A stretch of 63,118 bases of DNA, counting the filler, from Phoronis australis (lineage: Eukaryota; Animalia; Phoronida): the NCBI GenBank assembly GCA_002633005.1. It is 10 parts of 10 records of this genome, joined end to end, with 100 filler letters (N's around TTAATTAATTAA, not from the genome) between each part and the next. Parts side by side here need not be neighbours in the genome. Positions count along the whole stretch, not along the records: positions 33,354 to 40,115 come from NMRA01002120.1; positions 40,216 to 43,312 come from NMRA01003225.1; positions 43,413 to 58,121 come from NMRA01001548.1; 7 more parts are not named here. One strand, 5' to 3'. Below the pieces are notes generated by a model. That model worked only from the letters and a program-made list of their open reading frames with translations, was not told the origin of the DNA and did no database searches. This document shows positions 37,813-51,258 of the stretch, one piece after another. The position numbers and the translations under genes were made by a program. Within the stretch, counting starts at the first letter, position 1. Every line of letters starts with the position of its first letter.

Positions 37813-40800
37813 CTTGGGATTATTTTGCGCTTTGAAACGTACAGTTGTCATATTTAAAGAATAAAATCTTTTAATGTGTATGACATGTGACTTTTGTGTG
37901 TAATGCGGAGTTGTATATAGCTCTCTGGAAATTCACTAGGTTTCCCTTTCACCGATCTAAGCAGTTGCATGTACACTTCTTAGCACATTCGATTGACGAC
38001 ATTTTGTACAAAAACCGATTGTGAAATTTTTTATTGCCTTTCAGATGGAATCATGTTATCTTCATCCAAGTTTGTGCCTGCTATGTTCTATGATAACGTC
38101 TCGCCATTTTCAGACGCAGTGGCTAATGTGGCCTGTAAAACTTGGCTTGGAAAATGTGGCAATTGTGTAATTTTTGTTCCACTACTCCACGCTTTATACG
38201 TTTTAGTGTGTAAATCATTTGGCACTGCCACACTCTAACAAAATGTAGAGTGTGGCGTCGAGGACGAAGCAACTTCTCTTATGAGTGACTTGAAATAAAT
38301 TTAAGTGACACTATTGTAGCTCACACTTCCTTCCAATAGAAATGCCTGCAATCATGCAATCGCGTGGGATCCTAATCTCAAGAATTCCGTCATGCTGGTG
38401 GTCTATTTTTTGTCTCAGTCTGTTCCGAAGTTAAAAATACTACTGTTATTTGCGGTCACCTGGTGGATATTGGGCCTCCTATTTCAATTCGAGCAGCATT
38501 GCCACATCTTTTATTCAACTGCTGTCTTTTGCATTGTATGGTTGACCTAGTTTTTGAAAAGTAAGACTGCTAGCATACTTCTGAGTTGAGTAGAACAAGT
38601 TATGTAATGATTTTTCATGGCGCACTCAAATGTTTTGATGTCTGCATTGCAGCAACTATCTATGTACTATCATTGGTTATTGGCGTCACAATGCAAAATA
38701 GTGATTGAATAGTATGACAGTGGTGTACAACTGCTGCCTAAATAACCCAGAATGAGAGAGATGGCACTGTGGTATAAGGGATGTGGCAATTAGGACTGTC
38801 TTTTGTACAAAGCATTTTCTAATGTGACTCTTTTACCTCGACGATGATTCTGAAAATCCCACCAAAATGAGAGGTGACGCTGTTGACCTTGCAATAATGT
38901 TATGTAAAAGTTTTTGAGCTTTTATGGAAGTTTGCATGCTAAATGTGTGAAATTGAAGTTGCATCCTGGCTGCTGCTAATTCCATGCAGTTGGAAATGAA
39001 GGGGTCCAAATATTGACCCATTTGTTTTCCTGGAGTTGGCAGCACTAGTACCTAGACTGTGTTGAATACTCAATATACAGGCGGTCGTGGAGAAAAGTCC
39101 CTGGAGCTGGGTCCTTCTACCTTGGTCTACTACCCTCAGCTAACAGGCGCCCTTATTTCTGTTTGGATATTGGTGTTCTTATCAGCTGACATTTTATATG
39201 ACTCCTATTGTTTTTTTACAATTGCTTGTAAGGTTCTCGTTGTAGTGGTCATTTTTTGCAATAACTGGATAAGCGCACGTTCCCTCAAAAATAAAGTTTG
39301 ATTTAGAACACTTACTGCTTTGACTGATCTCAACTTGTTCTTAACTCCGATGAGAAGGGATTTCTAGGCTTATTAACAACAGGTCATTAATCTTTGAGAA
39401 TGCCTTTGGGAAATAAAATGACCTGCCACAGGCCCAGACTATAAGCCATGTATTGTTAAGTCTGGTCTCATTTACTAGCTAATTGGTAGTCCAAAGCCTC
39501 AGAAATCAACTTTAATACCAGTAAGGAAATTAACAAGTTCAGACCACTTTCCTAACAGATTGTCTATGATGTGTTTTTGATTATATTATATATGTCACTG
39601 AAATTGTCTCCATATAGAGCCACATAATCCAAATGGATCCTGGGCTAATAAATGACTGTTGCAGGTGGTGTTATATCCACCTAGTCTCATTCACATTATG
39701 GATGTCTGATTGATTCAGACAGACAGTGTGTGCGGGCAGTAGTAGTTTGTATTGTAGTCTTATGTTCTGTGACACACGATTAGGTGATCTGGTCACAAAC
39801 TATTTCATAACAGAAATCATGCCCAGTAATTTGACAACATTTCAAAATTTGTTTTAGTTTCCAGTTGTGGTCTGGCATTGAGTGTCTATTACTCGATGTT
39901 TAGGGCACAATATCATCAGTACTCATAGTTCCACATTTATTCACGTTATATTCCATTAAAGAAAATAGTGATGAACGTGAATATCAGTCACTTTGTGCTT
40001 GTTTATCCAGAGATGCTCGATAATAGTTTATGGTTTATGCAGGCATATATTCATCCATTCGTCAAGTGTACCATATGCTTATATCAGCGGCAGGCACTTT
40101 TTTCTTTCGTTTTCTNNNNNNNNNNNNNNNNNNNNNNNNNNNNNNNNNNNNNNNNNNNNTTAATTAATTAANNNNNNNNNNNNNNNNNNNNNNNNNNNNN
40201 NNNNNNNNNNNNNNNCCCCCGAGGTCCTGTTTTGGGTAAGTCGGTCCGATTTAAGAGGACCGTCGGTCATGTTGTTTCTCACCTGGGTAAATGGTAGTTA
40301 TTTAGAGAGACACTGCTAACCACTATAAACAAACCCAATGTTAAGGGTCATCAGTTACCTTAATTACCAAGGATCGAATTACTTAAGTAACTTTTAGGTA
40401 TCAATTGTAGACATACAGAACCATATAAACTACACTTACCAAAACAGTAAGTGTACCATCTGTTTTTCCCAAATAATTTTCAGTAATTTGAGAACATGGG
40501 CATCATTATTTCTATATTAACGTAATCAGTCCTCCCCAAAATGTGAATTATGTGTTTGGGAATGTTTGTTGTATGGTGGACAATATGATTTTAGGAAAAT
40601 TTGCTAGTCATAAGCAAAAGCCACAAAATGACTGCAGACTGTTGGCTTACTAAGCTGAAATGTTAAGAGGGCTTTTTCAAAAGCCTTTCATTAGGTCACA
40701 TTGCATAAAACTGAATCTGAAATGCAGAGAATATTACCACACCTGTGTTTAGTAACCCACTAAAAACAGTTCTCTTAAAGTTTGTTTTAACTCAACTGGG

Positions 40801-41639
40801 TTATCAATAAGACACAACATATACAATTAACATATAAACTGGGTTATCAATAAAACGCAAAATGATGATATTTCAATCCACATCCTGAAATGCACCTTTA
40901 AGAATAAAATTCAAAACTAGAGTGATCTTTCAATACAAATGAACCTCTAATTAAACCCGGCATTTTGTGATTTTCATTTTCTGGCTATTCACATTTTTCA
41001 CAAAACAGTGTCAAAAGATTTTGCACTGATGAACACAAGTAAAGTTTGAATAAAGACAATAACTTTTCTAAAATGTAGCGAAATATTTCGGCAGTAAAAC
41101 AGCCACCAATGTCCAGCTTTATTCAGAGAATGGATGCCAGGATGGCTACAGTGGTACAATACACAAAATTTCAAAACATGCAAAAATACCAAACAGGATT
41201 GGCTAGCAATCAACGAATCACAACTCAGTGTAACAGTTTCAACGACTCTTGGGAAACCTGTGCATTAAGCGTCAGGGCGTTTCTGAATACCAATTAAAAA
41301 TATAACATATTAAAAATTTACTTACAGTAAATAACAACAACAAGCAAAAATTGACTAAAAAACAAAAAAGGTGCCATCACTTTAAGTCTCAACATCTGAA
41401 AAATTTGTTGTAACGTAGTTAAAAAAACTGAGTCACAAACTTTGATGTAAAGTTAATTTATCCTGATATATTTGAATTTGACGTATTTAAGCTCTAAACA
41501 AACATCACCCAACTTTGTTAACCAGATAAAACGCGTGAAACCTCTTCTTGAAACAAATAAAAGCAAAAGAGACTAGCAAATAAAAAGTCAATACTGAATG
41601 GTTAATATTTGCAGAAGTTAAACTAATCACGGCTCTAAT

Positions 41640-42703
41640 GTTAGACCGGCAGCCCAGAGCACTTAGCATAGATGAACGAGGTACCAACATCTGACCACGG
41701 GAGCATTTCAAGTCCAACCCAGTATGTACAGAAATGGACGTCTGCCGTTGTCTGCACTCTGGGTGTGACCCCTCGGGGGCCTTAAAAAGAGCCCAAAAAT
41801 GAGCTAGACTAGATATTCGAGGTACCAACCAAAACTGATTTCAAACGAACAATAGTACCGCACTGAACACCAAATGACCCATGACAGACAAATTGCATTC
41901 TGGAATGGGTCCGGCAGAAACCAAAAAAGGACCCCCCAAAAATGAGCTAGCACATACATTCGAGGTACCAATTACCATGGAAACTATGTTCAACCCGAGA
42001 ACAGGCTTCAAACTTGAAGTTAATTTGACCAACTCCATGGGCACACTCGTCCTAAAAAACGGGGGTTGCTCGAATTGTTGAGAATTTGGACCTTTTACTA
42101 AGATTTACGGGGTACGTTCAGAGCTATGAATTATTGAATTTGGATGGTCTCTGCCTTTTTAGTGGACTCGTTCGCGTATGAGCCTTAAAATCTTGGGCGG
42201 GGAAGGCTCTAGCCCCCCCCCCCACTTATTTCAAAGCTGCGCCCCGCCCATGGGCGTGACTGGCACTTTTTAGTGGTTGAGCCATCTTGCCTTTACACTT
42301 GTGCATCAATTTAAATCGCGTTTACATGCGCTAAGTATATCTTTGCACGTGTGTTTAAATTTTACTCGTGGTAACCAGCGTCATGAAAACGGGGAACACT
42401 CAAGGCGTTAGACCGGCAGCCCAGAGCACTTAGCATAGATGAACGAGGCACCAACATCTGTCCACGGGAGAGCATTTAGAGTCCACCTCAGCGTATGTAC
42501 AGAAATGGACGTCTGTCGTTGTCTGCACTCTGGGTGTGACCTCTGGGGGGCTTACAAAGGGCTAAAAAATGAGCTAGACTAGATAGTCGAGGTACCAACC
42601 AAAACTGATTTTAAACGAACAATAGCATCGCACTGAACGCCAAATGACCCATGACAGACAAATTGCATTCTGGAATGGGTCCAGCAAAAACCAAAAAAGG
42701 ACC
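41640..42703. repeat. ~295-bp direct repeat (41640-41934 and 42407-42703)
   Basis: GTTAGACCGGCAGCCCAGAGCAC...CCAAAAAAGGACC occurs twice; the second copy ends at a single N. Confidence 0.85.
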
Positions 42704-42726
42704 NAACTGTGAACTGTGCGTCTGCT

Positions 42727-42848
42727 CATTTTTAGTGGAATTTTGTCTCGTTTCCACGGACTTTTTGATTATCTGAGGCGGGCGGACCTTTTTGCCCACT
42801 TCGCTAAATGGGGTGGCTTGTTCGAGCCCCCCCCCGGGTGCGCGCATG
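42727..42848 (+). mobile_element. MITE terminal fragment, family shared with 58720-58845
   Basis: GGCGGACCTTTTTGCCCACTT.GC.AAATGGGG...CCCC.GGGT.CGCGCAT at both sites. Confidence 0.6.
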
Positions 42849-45258
42849 AAATCTCACCACCATTTACTGTTTTTTAAGTATTACGTGAAACTGGGCCTTT
42901 TGGTTTAACACTATGAAAACATTTGAAATTATTTTCGTTGCTTTCATGAACTATATTTTATCAATTACATTTATTACCTTGTTTATTTTTCCGGTCATCT
43001 CGATTAATTTCAGATATCTCGCTTCATTGACATCTTTGACTCCTCCCTTCATTAAATAGGAGGCATATGTCTTCTAATTTTCTTCAGTCTGGGACATCTA
43101 CGCTTATTAACTCTGAGAAGAAGCTGATAAGTGTCCCAGATGAGTCTTTCATCAGGATTTCCAGAGGCCTCACTTTCCCTTTCCTATGCAGTGCTGCTGT
43201 GACGTCACACCCTGTCACTGCATGCACACCAGGCAATCCTGCAGCGAGAACCCTTATTACCGAAACACGTCGATGGTTATATATTTATTTAAATAGCATT
43301 GGGACTCCACCGNNNNNNNNNNNNNNNNNNNNNNNNNNNNNNNNNNNNNNNNNNNNTTAATTAATTAANNNNNNNNNNNNNNNNNNNNNNNNNNNNNNNN
43401 NNNNNNNNNNNNAGTCAAGCCACATACAGATTTTGGTTATGTAGAGCCAGGGCAACAATGTCCAGCAATGTCCAGTCAAGCCACATACAGATTTTGGTTA
43501 TGTGGCCTGAAACATCAAAACAAGATAAGTTCGTTGTTGCACAACGCCAAATCTATTGTTCAACCATAGCAACGTGATAAAGCGACGTCATTGTTGCTAT
43601 CCAGCGTATAAACTTTCAAGCAACCGGGCCCAGGAAACTGTGTCTAGAAGAATCTTTTGTCTTTTGGCATTTGGATAGAAATCCGTCTACATATGACTTA
43701 GCCTGTTTCACTTAATCAGACTAACGCTAAGTCAAAAAATCTGTCTACAACTCGAAGCCAAAAGACAGAAATTCGTAGCGTGCTTGGGAACAAACTAAAA
43801 GCCAAAGCCAAAAGAAAAAAAGGATAAAAAATTCAGATTTGACACTACTTTGTACTAAGTTTTGTCCGTATGGTACAAGATTTTTCCATGTCATAACTAG
43901 TGAGCCTTCTCTGGTAGAGATACTCTCCCTGTGTGACATCAGATGTGAAAACATACCGTTTGACATCCGATTCTTACGGAGCTCACCACTGGAAACTATC
44001 ATAAACATTGGAGAACGGGGCAGTGATGAATTCTTCACAGAATCCTCTTGGTGTTTAAAAACGTGCTTGACTGGTCTTGAATTGTAGCCTAATGAGTCGA
44101 CAATTCAAGACACAGTCAATGCGTACATGCTCCATTTTAATTTCAATTTCAAGATCGCCCAACCTCAACAAACGCGGTCATTCTTCCAACGCGCACTTCG
44201 CAACAAAACAGTCGTTGAGGTCTCTGACTCCATTTCAGTCAACTTTGACAGCCAGCCTTTCTTAGAAATCGGCTATTTGTAATAAAGTCCCAAAAACGCA
44301 TTTTAAAACGTATTTTACTGTTTTATAGTTCTGGTCAAAGTTAATAACTTCAAACAACCAAATCTATCCAAACTAACCCCCAGTTTAGATGCATTCATTC
44401 TCTTCATAAACCATAGCATTTCGTTCATTCAGTAATTGCTTTAATTTTTAGAAATGGGAAAATGTCGTAGTTTGCTTGTCCGAATTAGCATCCTGCACAA
44501 GTGCTGCGATACGCAGATTTTAAACTGATGACGAAGCTTTCACTGGAAAAAATAGATATAAACTCTACCGTACGAGATCATATATCTGTTTTTAAAACAA
44601 GGTTTAGCAACTGACAATAAATGCTGGCCATGTTCATCGAATAACTGAATGTTGTTGACTAAATAATTTCATTACAATGGTGAGTCAAATATCAGGCGAA
44701 TTTCATAAGACACAACTGAGTACCTAAAGAGGCCTGGAACGCAAAAACAGACTTAATTGCATAAGTCAAAGTCGATCTCTGCCACTGAAACAGAATCCAA
44801 CCTGTTCCCCAGATATTTTTTACAATTTGTTCGTAAAATTTTTGAATTTCTGTAGATGTCAAAAGATTTTTCTTTTAGTTTCGAATTTCGAAAAAGATCT
44901 GTCAACTGCTCGTCATTTCATCGATTTTACTCCCACAAGGCAAAGTATGTCGCCTTATTTGGTATGGCAAGACATAGCCGTAGCACATATCCCTTATACG
45001 GGAAATGTGACCTTTGACCTTTGACCAAAACGATGGTGATTACAAGCAGCAGGGAGCTCGATTAAGAGGAAATTTATATAAGTTCTAAGCGTTTAAAATT
45101 AGTGGGGTATCGTAGTAGTCAAATATATTCTAAAATGCATTTAAAATTCTTCCTGGGAAATTGCTTCCTCTACTGGCTTGACTCATACTGTGCTGGCATG
45201 ACAAGCTGCCGTTTAATATATCCATCTTGTCAGACAGCAGTTTGTCAAATAACTGTCA

Positions 45259-45268
45259 GCGCATGCGC
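45259..45268. promoter_or_regulatory. NRF1/EWG-type palindrome GCGCATGCGC at the putative promoter of the plus-strand gene
   Basis: Exact GCGCATGCGC, followed by a CpG-retaining ~600-bp tract ending at GTAAGT (45857), a candidate non-coding first exon. Confidence 0.35.
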
Positions 45269-46315
45269 GCATATATCATAAGTGGGAAGGAGATTAAAAA
45301 CTCTGTGGTGACTACAGAGTTTTTCCTTAGCTCGTATTTCAAAAATCGTGAATTTGGTGATTTTTTCCTGAAAATATCCTCACAAGGGAAAGACTCTGTA
45401 GTAGACGTTGCGAGATGGTACTTTCGTCAGGAATTGTGTTAAAATACATCTTGACGAGCTTTTCCGTTGAACGTTGTCGACCGTCGATGGCTGCATGCAA
45501 ACATCCTCAGAATGATGGTTAAGTGGAATTACAGTTATGTAATGACGTTCCCGTCTTGGGCCACGTATCACGCCCAATATCATTTTGACACTAATTCAGT
45601 CAATCATATGGTTGTGGATACCACAGTGGTCTATGACGTCCGATTTCTTGACGGAGTTCCGGGCTAACTACTGCTACAAACGTGTGAAGTGAGCCTATTC
45701 CTGCGTGTCTGCATACTGGCTGTGCTCGTGCAGACGAGTACCGAACCGACGTGCGGTTTCAGCAATGTACACCTGGTGGGTGTTGCCGCATGGAACGCGC
45801 TGGATACGCGAAAACCTATTTCTAGGAAAGAAGGCGACAGGGTCATGGATCGTGATGTAAGTCAGTGCCATCTTTCTGACATTTGTGACATCGTATCACG
45901 AGGCCCCAGGCAAAAACTTCATCACGTGACTGCAAGTCCATATAACCATCATTCTGCGGATGACAACAGCCGTTGTGTCTCATGAAGTTCGCCTGATACT
46001 CAATATTGCTTTTTGTATATAACAAAGGAACTTGGCGATTTCTATTTTTTACCTACAATGGGTATAATTATTGGTTACAGCTGATTGATTTCGCCGGTTG
46101 GGTCAACTAGCTACTCATATTTTTGGTTCTCGATGACTTCAGGCTTTTAAACCAATCAGATGTCTCAGCCAATTGACAGGGCGAAGTCAATCAAGAGTAA
46201 CCAATGTCTCACATTACAACTTTGTAAGATACTGCAGTTATCCAGTGACATTCTTGCCCTGACGTCATGTTTTCTTTTCTGTTAATTTCAGTTCAGATAA
46301 CGAATAATCCTTGCA

Positions 46316-46863
46316 ATGATGAAGTTCCGTCAGCGTTTCATGATACTTGCTTTCACGGGAGTATTCTCCGTAATCGTCATTATTGTCATTAACGTGACTT
46401 TATTCAGCAATAACTCCGACAAGAGAGAATTCCTTCACGGATTACCTTTCAAGAAGTCTGTTGGTAGTCGTCTATTTTCTCACGCAAGTGCTGGAGGTCA
46501 CTTGAATATCATGCGCAAAGACTTAGACACGAGTAATTTTGTCGAAGACAGTGGGCACAGGATATCAGATGGAAGAATATCGAACATGGACAAGAATGCG
46601 GATGCACATGGTCAGATATATATTAGATTTGTCACCGGCCTTCCCACGGAAGACGTTTTTGAAAATTCCCAAAGGACCCACTATATTCCAAGACAAAGTT
46701 CCTTGCAAAAAGACAGAGTCTTAGACTTGCAGCTTGATAGACATTTCCATAATTATCATCAAATGACAGAGGATGTTATCAGGAAAAAAATAGCAACTTA
46801 CAGGAAGAAGGCTAGGCATCGTGGAAAAAAATTGAATGTCATTTCATTGGAAGAACTCGGCAG
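46316..46863 (+). CDS. First coding exon of a type II membrane secretory-pathway protein, FAM20 (Golgi kinase)-like N-terminus
   Basis: MMKFRQRF, then a ~21-aa hydrophobic anchor and hydrophilic stem. Strong acceptor TTTTCTTTTCTGTTAATTTCAG ending 46291; donor AG|GTATGT at 46863/64 (phase 2). The start resembles the MKLKQR-TM N-terminus of FAM20B and invertebrate FAM20C, but the family call is tentative because no catalytic exon is visible. Confidence 0.72.
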
Positions 46864-46890
46864 GTATGTGAAGACCAAACATTGGGAATA

Positions 46891-48586
46891 CAGGGTGCGG
46901 AAAACATATTTCAAACGGCCATAATTAACAGTTTTACAAATTGTAGCAGTCGTTTAGCACGCGTGTTTCAGATTTTTCAAATCGCCGTTTTCAGTTAAGG
47001 TTATCTCCAACCTTATTCACAAAAAATGGCCATTTTTACAATATTTCACATGTGTCTAAAAAATACCTTATCTTCATTCTCGGGAAACTTCAAATACAGA
47101 ATATATACTGCGTAGCGAGAAAAAAAGATTTAACAGAAACACCTTGGAACCCGCAACCGCGTGGATATCTGTTTACTACTTATCCGAGGTCAAAGATTAA
47201 AGAGCTTTCAATCAAATCGAATCTCCCGCCAGGTACAGAACAGTTTCGTATACCCTCAGTACTTTCATTCACAAAATCGCCATAACATTGAGTCAGCGAA
47301 GTGTACTTATGGTAGAATGGTGCCGGAAAAAACAAAGACAAAACGTAGTTTTGATCCTGAGGGAGTTGTGCGTCTACATGCATGCGACCGTTGGCGTTGA
47401 GAATGAATGCTACGGTCGCGTCAGACATCTGTGGTCATTAACACAGAAAGTTGTGAAAAGAGATAAATCCTCACCCAAATTCCTTCATTCAGTTAATAAA
47501 TTGGCATTTCAATGTTTCGATATCATGCTAACGACATGCTTTCACCCCGATTCGATTTTTGCTATGCATTTCTTACTTGGTTTCGTATCAGTCTCCCAGC
47601 TCGTGACGTGTACAGGCTGTGTGTACAACAATGAACTATGACCTATTAGTATAAAAGTAAGTCAAAAGGTCGCAAACAACAGCTGGGAACGGTACGTTTT
47701 GCTAGTTGATTTGTCATAGAAACCAAACGAAAAGACTAATCGAAAATTCCTAACAGCGTTTTTGAGGTAACTGGTGAAGTTTTCATTTAAAAAAGTTTCA
47801 TTAAAATCGACCGAGGGGTTATTTTGCTATGAATGTACCTTTCTTAAAAATGAAATTTTGACTTAAAAAAGGTTTTTACGTAAAAATAATAATGGTGCAT
47901 TAATAAAAAAAGTATTTTCATATTCCCTAATCTTTTTTTTTCAGAAAATATATACTTTTATTGGTTGACAACGCTACGTTTTTTGATATACGAGTTAGAA
48001 TAGAGGCCACTAAATAAGGTTGGAGATAACCTTAAGTATAATCCAGTGCATAGCTATTGGTGACATAGTTTGAGCAGGTCTCGGGTTTAGTGAAACATAA
48101 ATGGTGATGAAAGCAAGAAACAGTTGCAACGGAAAATCTGTTTAGAAATGAATACAGCCAGAGTGGTGAAAATGAGCTTTATCTCATGGCATCTTTAGGA
48201 TTATCTCATGGCATCTTTAGGAACACTGTGGAGTTCCTTACATCACTCCATTCTATTTTCCTTGTCGCTGTCATTCAGTAAACACGGTGAATGTTGAACC
48301 AAACCACGAGAAAGTGAATCAGAAATTAAAATAGAATCTACCTGGAAAAATGTGTGCACTGCATAATTACTACAGCAAAACGTTCACGAGTCCACATTAA
48401 ACATAGTCATTCATTTTCAACTGGCGCTATGACGTTGAGAAAGTCCAGTTAATTAATTCACATAACAACTCCTGCTCATGTTCTACAACAAGAAATAAAT
48501 TGTAACATTCATGTTTGGGTAACTTTTTCATCTTGAAACGAAGTTACAGCCATTTAAAACTTGTCAAGTTTTTCGAAAGCACCCTG
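46891..48586. mobile_element. Tc1/mariner-type non-autonomous element (TA|CAGGGTGC ... GCACCCTG|TA)
   Basis: Inverted termini flanked by TA at 46889-90 and 48587-88, with weaker similarity further in (AAACGGCCATAATT vs AGTTACAGCCATTT). Confidence 0.6.
46999..48031. mobile_element. Kolobok-like non-autonomous DNA transposon, 19-bp perfect TIRs, TTAA TSD
   Basis: TTAA|GGTTATCTCCAACCTTATT ... AATAAGGTTGGAGATAACC|TTAA. Confidence 0.88.
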
Positions 48587-48673
48587 TATTAGTGTACGAT
48601 ATGACATAGCTTCGTTCATGGCATCCACCCTGTATTATTGTACGATATGACATAGCTTCGTTCATGGTATCCA
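48580..48673 (+). repeat. 46-47 bp tandem duplication that includes the mariner-like terminus
   Basis: CACCCTGTATT(A/-)..GTACGATATGACATAGCTTCGTTCATGG occurs twice. Confidence 0.8.
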
Positions 48674-49069
48674 AACTACAGGGTAGACATAGCACTTTTT
48701 TTGCTTAATAGACGTTTGATACTTGGGTTGATACTGACATAATTGCAGAATGTCGATTCATTTATGTCTAACACTTTATCGGCATACTCTGGATATGGCC
48801 ATATATGATAAGCGACTGTGCTATGCGGGTAGAATTGCCTTACTACGCTAGTCATAATTTCGACAATCGAGATTGTTTATTAATTGTTTTTGAAATTAGC
48901 TAAAGAAGGTAGCTAAAGCAAGTAGCTTACTTACAAAGGAGTGAATTAAAATTGTTGTTTTGAGATTCTCTGATAGCCATGCAGCCATGTAAGACCTAAA
49001 AATTGAGGGTCAACTCTCGCTGCATTGATGATCTTATATCGTTGGCCAAACGCGTGAATGTCACGCACC

Positions 49070-49410
49070 TAAATTACGCGCGCTAATTAATTATTGTGAG
49101 TGATGTAAATCAATTACTTTCTGCGTAAATTTCGCTCCCTAAATATGTATGGGTAAATTACGCACGTAAATAGTTTATTTACGTGCGTTTGGTAATTCGC
49201 GGCGCATCATAAGATGTTGGGGAGGCTAGAGCCCCCCACTTATTTCAGTGCTGCGTCGCCCATGGGGATGGGCAGCGCGCACCATGGGGGGTTGGGGGCT
49301 ATAGCCCCAATTTATTTCAGTGCTGCGCCGCCCATGATATTGCGCTGTTAAATAATTAATTCACAATTAATTTACGCCGTTAATAATTAATTTACGGCGT
49401 TCTAGATTAA
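49070..49410. repeat. AATTAATTTACG-subrepeat element interrupted by a GC-rich MITE fragment (49218-49336); related array at 55508-55725
   Basis: GGGTAAATTACGCACGTAAAT is shared at ~49151 and ~55543. The insert CCCCACTTATTTCA..GCTGCG.CGCCCATG also occurs at ~42219-42255. Confidence 0.6.
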
Positions 49411-49895
49411 TCTTGAACTCGAACCAATTATCTTCAAGATAACAAATGACAAACAATATGACAGCAAGTTTGTTTACATGAGGTACGTTGTCTGCAACAC
49501 CCGTCTGAACCACTCGAGATTAGAAGAATCTGGGGCTGTGTGGTGTTTGAGCCTTTTAGATTGAGGCAACCACCGCAAGCCGCCAGTAGTGACCAGTGTT
49601 TATAGTGTCGAAGGCGTTGAAATGCGGTCGATCGTGAGCAGATACTTACGGGAGCCGTGAGAGATATCTTTGAAAGTGGCTCAGTGGGCGAGAAAAGTGT
49701 TTTTGAGATCATATCCATGACGAATTCGAACTCATGACCTCAGCGGTCAATAAATGATTTCTAATTCACTGTCTTTAGTAGCACATTTTCAATAAAAATG
49801 AAGTGTGTTATGGATTAAACTGTCGCATATAGACCTATTATCACCCAGACAAGAAGCGCGCTCCAAAACGAGGCTCACTACGATAGCTCCGTCAA

Positions 49896-50047
49896 ATGGC
49901 TAATCAGCATAGTTGTGTTCCGCGTTGCTCGAACGGCGACAGAAAAAATACAAACATTCAACTGTCTTTTTTACAATCCCTAAAGACGTTGAGATTCGGA
50001 AGCGTTGGGTTGTTGCCATACGCCGCGACAAGGGAAAATTTTTCCGG
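49896..50047 (+). pseudogene. Frameshifted THAP zinc-finger N-terminus (transposon derived)
   Basis: MANQHSCVPRCSNGDRKNTNIQLSF (frameshift in T run) FTIPKDVEIRKRWVVAIRRDKGKFFR, then a possible GTAAAA donor. It shows the THAP C..C, P and W pattern. Confidence 0.7.
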
Positions 50048-50877
50048 GTAAAATCGATAACTTTTTTCGAAAGTTTGATCACATTTTGTCGCATCTCGGT
50101 TGCCGAGCATCATGGCAACCGTGAACGACCACGGAATCTTCGGCCAGAGAGGCTGTGTTTTCATGACTACTGGTTGGAACATGATGCATTTCTTTCCAAA
50201 AAGGACAGGGCCCTCAATCCCTCGATTTTGGGACCGAATATCGGCACTATTCCCCCTCTCAACAGTAGTGAAAAATCACGCGAAATTCCCCCACGAGGCC
50301 TAAAAATTTCCCCAAAATGATTGCAAATTTCGCCTCGAAGTTCAAATCACCTGTAACCACACAGGTGACAATTTGAAAGAGCACAAAATTCTACTTGAGA
50401 GAGAGCCTATGGGAGCTTGCAATTAACAGGGCGGGGGTGCCACTGACGGTGATCGAGAGGTAGAATTTTCTCCTCAATCGGCGAAAAATTTCCTCTCTCA
50501 GAAGGCACAGGTACCTTCCCTTCCAATCAACGAGGCCCCTGAAGAACATGATTATAACTATGTTTACTCTGCTCAGTTAACTGAAATTGAGTGCTAAAAC
50601 GAGATGGGTTATTTATTCAGGTTATGCTTTGGACGAACGAACTAGGTGTCTTAATTTTAAAACTCAACTTGGTCCAGATTGATATTTGAAACCTAACGTA
50701 TGAAATAGATGTAAGAATTTTTAAAGCCAAGAAAGCAGATTTGCTGGTCAAATAATTTTTTTTTTCAATTACCAGCCTGGTTTTTTATTTTAATAAAAAT
50801 ATATTTAATAATTTAAATCATTTCTGTAGATCAATCACAAATCAACCGTTAGTCCCGGACCAGGACCTACACTATGC

Positions 50878-51258
50878 TAATCTTTGTACTCAAACGACCT
50901 CGAAATTATTTTTGCCAATTTCTCTGCTCCTTTTGTACGAACTCAATTTAAGTGGTTATCAGACTGTGCTCGAATACATTATAGTTTATTGCTATGAATT
51001 TCTAGTCCAAGTTTGAAGACCCTTATATTCGTGCTACAAACTCAAGTAAAAACTCGTAATTTCGAGTTCAAGCTCGAACTTTTGGCCTTAATGTTGGGTT
51101 TATCAACTGCAAACTAGGACTAAAAATCATCCCACGTAAGTCATTATGTACTCGAGCTTAGAATAATAGACACTTATCTTGAGTTCGCGTAAAAGTAGAG
51201 TAGAAAATGCCAAACATAATTTCGAGTTCCATTTCGAGTAAAAAGATTAGAGACCGGG
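50878..51258. mobile_element. Palindromic MITE (~380 bp, long imperfect TIRs)
   Basis: TAATCTTTGTACTCAAA..CTCGAAATTAT at the left is inverse to ATAATTTCGAG..TTTCGAGTAAAAAGATTA at the right; a related end CCCGGTCTCCAATC lies at ~7401. Confidence 0.7.

Noticed and set aside
46864-46924. C-terminal 20 aa of the 202-aa ORF
   Set aside because: Lies beyond a strong splice donor and runs into a transposon terminus.
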